This document shows, piece by piece, positions 50,191 through 57,938 of a DNA stretch of 64,000 bases; position 1 is the stretch's first letter, and each line of letters starts with the position of its first letter. The DNA lies in assembly GCA_002495185.1 (NCBI GenBank), contig DAEB01000040.1, forward strand, positions 29,184-93,183. Direction: 5' to 3'. The translations under genes and the position numbers were made by a program. The stretch is from Thermoplasmata archaeon UBA184 (lineage in GTDB: Archaea > Thermoplasmatota > Thermoplasmata > Lutacidiplasmatales > UBA184). Under the pieces are notes generated by a model. It was not told the DNA's origin. It saw nothing but the letters and a program-made list of their open reading frames with translations, and made no database searches.

Positions 50191-50212
50191 TGCATGCCGC
50201 ATGCATTATATC
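50191..50212 (-). promoter_or_regulatory. TA operator plus TATA box
   Basis: TGCATGC-c-GCATGCA (50191-50205) abuts GATATAA on the minus strand. Confidence 0.6.
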
Positions 50213-50295
50213 AGCATTTCCGACCGTGCGGAATGTGAGCGGTGGCTCGGCAAGAATCGAGGGACTGGCGCGGAGGACTCTCGCGCGTCGCGGGG

Positions 50296-50323
50296 GGGCG
50301 GTGCAATGCTGCTTACACCCACT
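50296..50323. repeat. dif-like site S8
   Basis: gggcggTGCAA-tgctgc-TTACAcccact. Confidence 0.78.
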
Positions 50324-50359
50324 GGATTCCGGAGACCGCCTGGGGCCCCCAATCAGCCA

Positions 50360-50734
50360 TTACCGGACGAACTGAACGCCCTCGACGCCACGAAACGCGG
50401 GATCCCCCGTCAGGAACGGTACCCCGAGATTCCCTGCCGCGGCGTATCCCCAGGCGTCGATGTAGGAACAGTCCTTCCGATGGGACCTCATGGATTGGCG
50501 AAACTCACCTGCAATGAAAGCAACCTCCGGCGGAACCGGGACGATCATGGCCAGGATGCCCGATGCGAGCTCTCGGCTCTCGACGGGATCGATGCGGCGC
50601 AAGAGAGTAGCGTAGACCTCCAAGAGATTCAGGGAGCTCGTCACTACATCCTTACGTCGGAATATGCGGACGTAACGCTCGTTTCCCTCGAGGACCGCTA
50701 CGAGGGCGTAGCTATCGGCGAAGAGGTCAACCAA
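50360..50734 (-). CDS. vapC: VapC PIN-domain toxin
   Basis: FADSYAL, NLLE, SYIDAWGY and LTGD motifs. Confidence 0.9.
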   Translation of the reverse strand: MVDLFADSYALVAVLEGNERYVRIFRRKDVVTSSLNLLEVYATLLRRIDPVESRELASGILAMIVPVPPEVAFIAGEFRQSMRSHRKDCSYIDAWGYAAAGNLGVPFLTGDPAFRGVEGVQFVR

Positions 50735-50939
50735 GGTCCTCGCCCTCGTTGCTCAATCGGGTGAATTCGTCGGCGGTAAGCCTTCCTTTCAGCCGCCCCG
50801 CCATTTGGACGAACTTCGGAAGACGCTCGAGCGAGACGTAGAGCTCGTCCCCAGGGGAGAGCTTCAGATCCCGGACCATCTCGTGGGGGATCGGCAACCC
50901 GAGGGAGTTTCCCGTTCGTCGGACGACCAGCTTCGGCAT
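50727..50939 (-). CDS. vapB: AbrB/MazE-type antitoxin
   Basis: RRTGNSLGLPIP...LKLSPGDEL. Confidence 0.88.
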   Translation of the reverse strand: MPKLVVRRTGNSLGLPIPHEMVRDLKLSPGDELYVSLERLPKFVQMAGRLKGRLTADEFTRLSNEGEDLG

Positions 50940-50946
50940 CCGGCGG

Positions 50947-50967
50947 TGTAATACAAGATGTATTACA
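50947..50967 (-). promoter_or_regulatory. Perfect 9-bp inverted-repeat TA operator
   Basis: TGTAATACA-aga-TGTATTACA, 7 bp upstream of the antitoxin ATG. Confidence 0.7.
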
Positions 50968-51082
50968 TTAGGTCATCCCGGGCGACGGAAGGTGGGATCT
51001 GGCGGTCGCTCACTGCTCGAGAATCCGGCGCTCACCGTCCCTCCCATCTCGGAATCCCCGAGCCGAACGGTATTTCTCATCC

Positions 51083-52954
51083 ATGCCCATCGACCGCATC
51101 GTGTTCCCGTCGGTGCGCGAACCCATTCTAGGCTCCACCGCTCCTTGGAAGAGGCGGTTCCTGCTGCCCCGAATCGCCGCGAAGGTAGCGTCGGGAGCGC
51201 CGGATCGGGTCCTGATTGGCAGCAACAAGTCGGGCAAGTTCGAGCTCTACTCGTACGACCTAGCTCTCGGGACCCTTCAGCAGTTGACGAATCGACCCTT
51301 TGGCACGCCGAACGGTTACCTGTCGGACGATGGCCAGCACGTGTACTATCTCGACGACGAGATGGGGAATGAGACCGGCCACTTCGTCCGGATTCCATTC
51401 GGCCACCCGGAGGCGCACCCTCAGGACCTTACTCCTGCTATGCCAAAGTACTCGACTTCCGAGTGCTTCGTAGACGGGCACAGCTCGCGCTTCGGTTTCA
51501 CTCTCCCCGGTCCCGAGGGGTTCGATTCGTATCTGCTCTCCATCTCCTCGGACGGTCCCGTCGGGAGTCCGCGGAGGCTTAACCGGAGTCCCAAACTCGC
51601 CGGCGGCCCTATCCTATCGGCCGATGGGACCCGGGCCATCGTGGCCTCCTGCGAGGCGCAGGGCGGCCTCGATTTCGGTCTGTTCTCTTTCGATTCTACC
51701 TCGGGGGAAAGGATTGCCGAACTCTCCCTCGATTCGAGCAGCGTTGAACCTGTCGCGTTCTCGCCGCTCGAGGGAGACCCACGGATCCTCGCGACGAGCA
51801 CCGAGAGCGGCCCTCGAAGACCCGGGATCTGGGACGCGACGAGCGGAAAGCTCGTCGCGCTGGAGGTCGGCTCCCTGGAGGGGGACATCGAACCTCTCGC
51901 GTGGTCACCGGATGCCGGTCGGGTCGTTCTCTCCCAGCTCCTCCGGGCCTCTCAGCGACTGTATCTCTACGACCTCGGCCGCTCCGCCGTCACCCGATTG
52001 GACCATCCCTCCGGCGCCTTCGACTCGGCATGCTTCCGTGGGAGAGAGATCCTCCTCCGCTGGCAGAATTCTACCCACCCTCCCCAACTGATTGCTCTCG
52101 ACCCGGACCGGGGTTCGTCGAGAGTGCTACTTCCGAGCGAGGAATCACCGCCCAACCGCGCCTGGACCTCCGTAACATTCCCTTCTTCCGACGGCCAAGA
52201 GATCCAAGGCTGGGTGGCCGTACCGCCGGGGGACGGCCCGTTCCCGACCATCCTCGAGACACACGGTGGTCCCACTTACGTCGAGCGGGAGGGCTTCTCC
52301 CCTTCGAGCCAGATGTGGCTGGACCACGGGTTCGCCTACGCTTCGATCAACTACCGAGGGTCCACGACCTTCGGGAAGGAGTTCGAGAAGAAGATCTACG
52401 GGGACCTCGGCCACTGGGAGGTCGAGGACATGGTCGCCGCCCGAGACTGGCTCGTGAATGACGGCGTCGCTCGGGCCGACACGATCTTTCTCACCGGCTG
52501 GTCCTACGGGGGATACCTGACCCTGCAGGCCATGGGGTTGAGGCCGGACCTCTGGGCGGGGGGGATCGGGGGCGTCGTCGTGGCCGATTGGGTGACTCAG
52601 TTCGAGGATGAGTCGGAGAATCTACGGGGATACGACCTGGCCCTGTTCGGGGGTCCTCCGTCGGAGAAGCGGGAGAGCTACGAGAGAGCATCTCCGATTC
52701 GCTACCTCGAGAACGTCTCGGGACCGATTCTCATCATCCAGGGGAGGAACGATTCTCGAGACCCGCCTCGGCAAGTCGAGCTCTACGAAGCCAAAGCGCG
52801 CGCTCTGGGCAAGGAGGTCCGGGTCCTATGGTTCGACTCGGGTCATATAGGGGCCTTCGTCGATATCGGGCTGTCCATTAGCCACCACGAGGCCATGCTG
52901 CGCTTCGTCTACGACGTCCTGAATCGCCAGCCGAAAGCCTCGCCCCAGTCCTAA
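51083..52954 (+). CDS. S9 family peptidase (acylaminoacyl-peptidase-like)
   Basis: Propeller N-terminus, HGGP, GWSYGG nucleophile elbow, GRND and GH. Confidence 0.93.
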   Translation: MPIDRIVFPSVREPILGSTAPWKRRFLLPRIAAKVASGAPDRVLIGSNKSGKFELYSYDLALGTLQQLTNRPFGTPNGYLSDDGQHVYYLDDEMGNETGHFVRIPFGHPEAHPQDLTPAMPKYSTSECFVDGHSSRFGFTLPGPEGFDSYLLSISSDGPVGSPRRLNRSPKLAGGPILSADGTRAIVASCEAQGGLDFGLFSFDSTSGERIAELSLDSSSVEPVAFSPLEGDPRILATSTESGPRRPGIWDATSGKLVALEVGSLEGDIEPLAWSPDAGRVVLSQLLRASQRLYLYDLGRSAVTRLDHPSGAFDSACFRGREILLRWQNSTHPPQLIALDPDRGSSRVLLPSEESPPNRAWTSVTFPSSDGQEIQGWVAVPPGDGPFPTILETHGGPTYVEREGFSPSSQMWLDHGFAYASINYRGSTTFGKEFEKKIYGDLGHWEVEDMVAARDWLVNDGVARADTIFLTGWSYGGYLTLQAMGLRPDLWAGGIGGVVVADWVTQFEDESENLRGYDLALFGGPPSEKRESYERASPIRYLENVSGPILIIQGRNDSRDPPRQVELYEAKARALGKEVRVLWFDSGHIGAFVDIGLSISHHEAMLRFVYDVLNRQPKASPQS

Positions 52955-52990
52955 GATCGAATTCCCGACGACCCGCGGTCCCGATCATCG

Positions 52991-53018
52991 AAGTGCGTTG
53001 CTTGCACTTGCACCCACT
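52991..53018. repeat. Degenerate dif-like site S9
   Basis: Right arm TTGCAcccact equals the consensus, left arm aagtgcgttgc is decayed; between convergent genes. Confidence 0.55.
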
Positions 53019-53110
53019 GCCCCAATGCGCTGGGCGACTGGCGACAAATTCCGGCACTGTGGGTCAGGAAGTATCGGTAGGTCCCAAACCCGGTCTTCAG
53101 GTCCTGCGAA

Positions 53111-53836
53111 TCACTCCAATCCGTAGCCGCGGAAGACCTCGTACTTGACTCGATAGGCGGCGACCCCCAGCCCTAGCAGATTGCGATACGTCTCCTGCAC
53201 CATCCCGGGCGTGCCGCACACGTAGTACGTTGGCCCGTCCAGCCCGCGCGACGCCTCGCTAAGGAGGTCGCTCTCGATGCGTCCGCGACGTCCCGTCCAG
53301 GACGAGTCCTTCGGGGCGCGCGTGAGAGTGTGAAGGACGTGGAAGCGGGGGTTTTGCCGCGTCAGACCATCCAGTTCCAAACGGTACGCGATCTCTGTTT
53401 CGTCTCGGCTCGAGTACACGAGGCGCACGTCCAAGGGAAGGTGACGGTCCGTCGCATACTCGGCCATCCCCTTGAGGGGCGTGATGCCGATGCCCCCCGC
53501 GACGAGAACAGCGGGAGTGGTCTCATCGAGCACGAAATGGCCGTAGGCGCCGTCCACTTCGGCATCATCGCCCGGACCGAGCGCCGCAAACGCCTCTTTC
53601 CAGGGAGAGTTCGAAACCCGCGCCCCGAACTCCAAATAGGGCTTGGTCGGAGAACACGCGAGCGACATCGGGTACTCGATAGGACCGCGCCCGGTTGAGA
53701 GCTCCAGACCGCAGAACTGGACGGGCGCGAAGTCGAATCCGGCAGGCTTCTCGAACTTCACATCATGCACGGTTGGAGTCACGCGAGTTGACTCCAAGAC
53801 CCGGACCCGAGAGATCACGAACCTGCCTCTTTCCAC
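53111..53836 (-). CDS. Ferredoxin-NADP reductase-like FAD/NAD(P)-binding oxidoreductase
   Basis: AGGIGITP, YSSR, CGTPGMV and E.F motifs. GTG start at 53836. Confidence 0.88.
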   Translation of the reverse strand: MERGRFVISRVRVLESTRVTPTVHDVKFEKPAGFDFAPVQFCGLELSTGRGPIEYPMSLACSPTKPYLEFGARVSNSPWKEAFAALGPGDDAEVDGAYGHFVLDETTPAVLVAGGIGITPLKGMAEYATDRHLPLDVRLVYSSRDETEIAYRLELDGLTRQNPRFHVLHTLTRAPKDSSWTGRRGRIESDLLSEASRGLDGPTYYVCGTPGMVQETYRNLLGLGVAAYRVKYEVFRGYGLE

Positions 53837-53883
53837 TCCATCCCGGCCTGCAGATAATGACTGAGTTGTTGGGGATTCGATCG

Positions 53884-53911
53884 GTTGGGTGCATGGGAGC
53901 TTGCTGCCGCC
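53884..53911. repeat. Degenerate dif-like site S9b
   Basis: gttgggTGCAT-gggagc-TTGCTgccgcc; spacer is 5 of 6 identical to S7. Confidence 0.55.
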
Positions 53912-54088
53912 GGACGGGCTTTCCCCAAGGTGGCGCACGGGGCCCTAGGCGACCGAGACCTCCAACACTGTCCTCTTTGGACCACCGCAAGATCCCAGAA
54001 TCGCGCCTCATCCGAGTGAATCCTTGCTGATTCCCCGCGAGCGGTCGCGAGCAGGACCGGACCGGGCAGCGGACCGATCTGCCGAGTG

Positions 54089-54472
54089 TCAGTGCAGCCG
54101 AACTAGCCCGCGAATCTCATCGAAGTCGGAGTCGAACGACACAATGGTCGTCTCGCCCTCCCGGACCATGGCTTCCACCATCGCGCAGTCCGGGACGGAC
54201 AGCCGCCCATCGTGGGCCACGTGCCGCGCCATCGCGGAGTCCAGCAACTCGTCATCCAGGTAGATGATGTGGCAGGAGTCGCAGAAGAATTGGTAGAGCT
54301 CGCGCGCCGGCTTTCCTCCCTTCCGTGACCCGATGATGGTAACCGCCTCAGATACAGTAAGGTCGAGAACTCGGAGCTCCCCTCGAACGCGCGGTTGGAG
54401 GGCGAGAGCAGGCTTGTGCCACTGGTCTTTCGCGTCGACCAGACCAACCCAGTAGGATGAATCAACGAACAC
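54089..54472 (-). CDS. vapC: VapC PIN-domain toxin
   Basis: FVDSSYW, DQWH, LSVPDC and SFDSDF motifs. Confidence 0.92.
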   Translation of the reverse strand: MFVDSSYWVGLVDAKDQWHKPALALQPRVRGELRVLDLTVSEAVTIIGSRKGGKPARELYQFFCDSCHIIYLDDELLDSAMARHVAHDGRLSVPDCAMVEAMVREGETTIVSFDSDFDEIRGLVRLH

Positions 54473-54710
54473 GATCGCGAAGTCCCTGAACGGTCTTCTT
54501 GCTCGCGACGGCGTCCCCCCCGTGGCTCACGATTCCCACGATGTCCTCCATCGTGACCGGCCTCCGGACCCGGACCATGAGCTCCGTCCCCCGAAGCTGC
54601 CATTCGAGCCGGTCACCCTCCCGGGCACCCATCGCCTGACGGACATCCCGGGGCACTACCGTCAAGAAACCCCGAGAGATCTTGCTCTCCCTAAGCACAT
54701 CTGTCCCCAT
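54462..54710 (-). CDS. vapB: AbrB/MazE-type antitoxin
   Basis: SKISRGFLTVVPRDVR...EGDRLEW; overlaps vapC. Confidence 0.88.
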   Translation of the reverse strand: MGTDVLRESKISRGFLTVVPRDVRQAMGAREGDRLEWQLRGTELMVRVRRPVTMEDIVGIVSHGGDAVASKKTVQGLRDRVR

Positions 54711-54779
54711 AGTGACCGTGAGAACTAAGCGGTTCTATCTATTAAGGATTGACTCTGCGCCGATGAAGATCTTGTCCGT

Positions 54780-54807
54780 TGCGGGTGCAACACAACTTGC
54801 ATCCTCT
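54780..54807. repeat. dif-like site S10
   Basis: tgcgggTGCAA-cacaac-TTGCAtcctct; perfect core. Confidence 0.8.
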
Positions 54808-54849
54808 CGTTCGATCCGGCGCGCAGGTTAGCCTCCCGGGAGGCAAGGG

Positions 54850-55353
54850 CTAGTACTCGCCCTCGAGCCGTTTCGCCGCCGTGTAGTTCACGAGGGGTCC
54901 CCCCAGCAGGTTGGAGTTGCTCACGAACACCAAGGTGCCGTCCTCCTGCTTGACGACCGTGGTCACGAGTCCGAAGCTGACGACCTCTCCCTTCACGCCT
55001 CCGAACTGGATGACGTCGCCGATCCGAATCGCCCGGTGCTGCAGCAGGATCACGCCCGAGACGAAGTTCTGGAGGGTGGTCTGCAACGCCAGCGTCACGG
55101 CGATCCCGGTGACCGCGGAGAAGGTGATGGTGGAAAGGAGGCTGATCGGGCCGAGAGTGACGGACGTCCCGATCAGTACCAGCGCCACCCAGATGACAGT
55201 GACCAGGATCTCAAGGCCCCGGACCTGAGCGGGGCTGGAGCCGGCCCGTTTCGCTCGTTCCCGGATCCATCGGGTCAGAAGAATCCCAACGACCGCCGGG
55301 ACGAGCACGAGCAGGACGATGTCGAGAACCCACACGTCAATCGATAACGCCAC
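54850..55353 (-). CDS. mscS: Short MscS family mechanosensitive channel
   Basis: ALQTTLQNFVSG, IRIGDVI, G.V and VSNS motifs. Lacks the C-terminal domain. Confidence 0.85.
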   Translation of the reverse strand: MALSIDVWVLDIVLLVLVPAVVGILLTRWIRERAKRAGSSPAQVRGLEILVTVIWVALVLIGTSVTLGPISLLSTITFSAVTGIAVTLALQTTLQNFVSGVILLQHRAIRIGDVIQFGGVKGEVVSFGLVTTVVKQEDGTLVFVSNSNLLGGPLVNYTAAKRLEGEY

Positions 55354-55543
55354 GGTGTCGGTTCCCCAAGCGGGGCACCGGTTTCGAGGCTATTTCATGA
55401 CTCTCACCGGCGCGGGGCGCTACAGTGCCCGGTGATCTGAGCGGGGCCGAAAGCGAAGCGGGGGTCCCCGGGCTCGTCACGCCGCGCGACGGATTCTGCT
55501 CTCAGTCCCCCGAGGGGGTCGACTTTCCTCTTTCGTTCCAGGC

Positions 55544-55774
55544 TCAGGAGGGATACGCTTTCGAGAGCCCGTACCACATGAACCACGCCCCGAGGGCCAT
55601 CAGGACCATGGCAATCCCGGTGAGGATGACCGAGATCCAAGCGGCGGAGATCAGCCCCTCGAAGAGCACGATTCCGAGGAGGACGCCTCCGAGGAAGAGG
55701 ACGACCAGGCCGAGGGCACCGATGAGAATCGCGTGGCTGTAGGGCAGCGCGACGTGCGGCCCCGGCACCGCCAT
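55544..55774 (-). CDS. Small 2-TM protein
   Basis: 76 aa hydrophobic ORF with a GGAGGGAG RBS-like element upstream. Confidence 0.55.
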   Translation of the reverse strand: MAVPGPHVALPYSHAILIGALGLVVLFLGGVLLGIVLFEGLISAAWISVILTGIAMVLMALGAWFMWYGLSKAYPS

Positions 55775-55927
55775 GCCAGGTAGATTCGCGCTCCCTCCCT
55801 AAGAATGTGCGGACCTCCCCGAGGACGAGCCGGGGATGTATAACCCGCCCCGCGGCCGTCCGGCGGAACAAGGCGAAGCCGACCGCCCGGCCGCGGGGCC
55901 TGGTCCGTGCGCTCTCTCTCGATGGCC

Positions 55928-56395
55928 TCAGACGTAGAGGCCGTCGGTGTAGCAGTAGTAGCGCCCGTACTGGGCGATGTACGTGGTCGGCTTGCCACAC
56001 TTCGGGCAGAGCGGGGCGGCCGGGGCCGCGACGGGAGCCGGAGCGGGAGGGGGCGGGGCCTGAGCCATCGCCTCGGGTGCGGGGGCCGCCATCGGCGCCG
56101 GCGCGGGCGGGGCGTAGACCGCGGGGGCCGGGCGAGGTCGAGCCTGGAATTTGGGCCAGATCGAGTGCATCAGCCAGCCGCCGACCGCGAGGAGCAAGCC
56201 GAACGCGGTGATGATGAAGAAGCCCTCGAAGTCGCCCTGGTAGTTCGAGAGGTTTCCCTGGTTGGTGGCGGACGTGGGGAAATTGGTCATCGCCAGGTAG
56301 CCGAAGATGAACCCGATGAAGATCAGGAGTCCACCGATGCCGCAGACAATCTGGCCGATGTCAATCCAACTGGGAACCTTCGCCGGGCCTGCCAT
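55928..56395 (-). CDS. 2-TM protein with Pro/Ala linker and C-terminal zinc-ribbon-like motif
   Basis: C-terminal CPKCGKPTTYIAQYGRYYCYTD. Confidence 0.75.
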   Translation of the reverse strand: MAGPAKVPSWIDIGQIVCGIGGLLIFIGFIFGYLAMTNFPTSATNQGNLSNYQGDFEGFFIITAFGLLLAVGGWLMHSIWPKFQARPRPAPAVYAPPAPAPMAAPAPEAMAQAPPPPAPAPVAAPAAPLCPKCGKPTTYIAQYGRYYCYTDGLYV

Positions 56396-56662
56396 GCGGC
56401 CCGCTACTGTCTTCACCTATAGGAACCTATTCCTGTCGGCCGAACCGTCCCGAGACCCGCCTTCGGTCGAAAGCCAACGGTCAGTCCGGGTCGGTTCACA
56501 CCATCACCCCTTCGCCTGCGCCGGGGGGGCCGAGGAGAAACGCCCCCGCGCTCGAGTGGAGGCGAAGGCCCTCGGCGAGCGCCGGGTAAGGACCTGGTAG
56601 CTCTTCGCGCCGGACGGCGCCGCGGACCAAGGGCTAATATTCGAGCGGGGTTCGGACGCACG

Positions 56663-57640
56663 GTGGCGGACCGAGTTGCCCTCGTCACGGGCGTTACCGG
56701 CCAGGACGGGTCGTACCTTGCGGAGTTCCTCCTGGGGAAGGGCTACCGCGTGTACGGGCTCATCCGACGGCTTTCGAGCCCGAACGTCACCCACATCTCG
56801 GGGTTCCGGGAGAAGATCGAGATCCTCGACGCGGACCTGATGGACCAGGTCTCCCTCAACGAGGCGATTCGTCGGTCGTCACCGGACGAAGTCTATAACC
56901 TCGCCTCGCAGTCGTTCGTCGGGGCCTCGTTCAGCCAGCCGGTGCTGACCGGCGAGGTGACGGGTCTCGGAGCTCTGCGCCTGCTCGAGGCGGTCCGGAC
57001 CCAGGCGCCTCATGCGCGGGTTTACCAGGCGTCCTCGAGCGAGATGTTCGGCCACGTCGACCGGGAGCCGCAGAACGAGCTGACGCCGTTCCATCCCCGG
57101 AGCCCGTACGGGGTGGCCAAGGTCTACGCCTTCTGGGCTTCCATCAACTACCGGGAGGCGTACTCGATGTTCATCAGCAACGGAATCCTCTTCAACCACG
57201 AGTCCCCGCGGCGGGGGCTCGAGTTCGTGACGCGCAAGATCTCGGACGGGGTGGCGCGGATCGCCCTCGGACAGGCCCAGTCGCTCTCGCTCGGGAACCT
57301 AGATGCGAAGCGGGATTGGGGCTATGCGCCGGAGTACGTCGACCTGATGTGGCGGACCCTCCAGCACCCGACCCCGGGGGAGTTCGTCGGGGCGACCGGG
57401 GAGTCGCACACCGTCCGAGAGTTCGTCGAAGAGGCGTTCCGGGTGGTTGGGATCGAGAACGGGATGTCGCACGTGACCTCGGAGGCGAAATTCCACCGAC
57501 CGTCCGAGGTCTACAACCTACGGGGAGACGCCTCCAAGGCCGCCCGGGAACTCGGGTGGGTTCCCAAGGTCAAATTCAAGGATCTCGTTCGGATCATGGT
57601 GCGCGCCGACCTTCAGCGGTTGAGCGGGCGAACCAACTGA
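56663..57640 (+). CDS. gmd: GDP-mannose 4,6-dehydratase
   Basis: GVTGQDGSYLAE, YQASSSE, SPYGVAK, LFNHESPRRG and KRDWG motifs. Confidence 0.96.
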   Translation: MADRVALVTGVTGQDGSYLAEFLLGKGYRVYGLIRRLSSPNVTHISGFREKIEILDADLMDQVSLNEAIRRSSPDEVYNLASQSFVGASFSQPVLTGEVTGLGALRLLEAVRTQAPHARVYQASSSEMFGHVDREPQNELTPFHPRSPYGVAKVYAFWASINYREAYSMFISNGILFNHESPRRGLEFVTRKISDGVARIALGQAQSLSLGNLDAKRDWGYAPEYVDLMWRTLQHPTPGEFVGATGESHTVREFVEEAFRVVGIENGMSHVTSEAKFHRPSEVYNLRGDASKAARELGWVPKVKFKDLVRIMVRADLQRLSGRTN

Positions 57641-57751
57641 AGAGCTCGGTCGAGAGCTCCCGCCCCCGCCCCGGTGACCCGGGAACGGGTGCTGTCGGTC
57701 CATGGCCGATGCGGGTGAACCGGCCCTCCGTAGTACTTCGAAAACCGCCGA

Positions 57752-57783
57752 GTGAACATCCGTTCACCGAGCGCTCATTTAAC
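57752..57783 (+). promoter_or_regulatory. Palindromic operator plus TATA-like box upstream of the ABC exporter
   Basis: GTGAAC-atcc-GTTCAC (57752-57767) and TTTAAC (57778-57783). Confidence 0.45.
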
Positions 57784-57938
57784 GGACCAAGAGTCAGCGG
57801 TTGGGTCACCGATGTTCGCTGCGTCGGTGCCGGGCAGCCGGACGGACAGAAGGACGACGCGTCGAGCTCTCGAACGAGGGACGGCGAGACCTCGGCCATC
57901 CAGGTTCGACCATCTGCAAGACGAAGCGGGAGGGTAGC

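Larger units (their letters stand above)
32571..54807. mobile_element. Putative dif-like-site-delimited gene cassette array
   Basis: At least 8 well-conserved and about 5 degenerate 11-6-11 palindromes, nearly all intergenic, separating unrelated gene modules of differing base composition. Confidence 0.65.

Noticed and set aside
50941-50968. TGTAA-N6-ATGTA as another dif-like site
   Set aside because: Better explained by the perfect 9-3-9 TA operator; the right arm does not fit the consensus.
32571-54807. Classical integron attC sites or a CRISPR array as the explanation of the repeats
   Set aside because: There are no RYYYAAC...GTTRRRY long hairpins and no intI. The repeats are degenerate and separated by whole genes rather than 30-40 bp spacers, and no cas genes are present.
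56529-56576. GC-rich stem-loop upstream of gmd as an ncRNA or riboswitch
   Set aside because: No recognisable family motifs; compatible with chance in GC-rich DNA.
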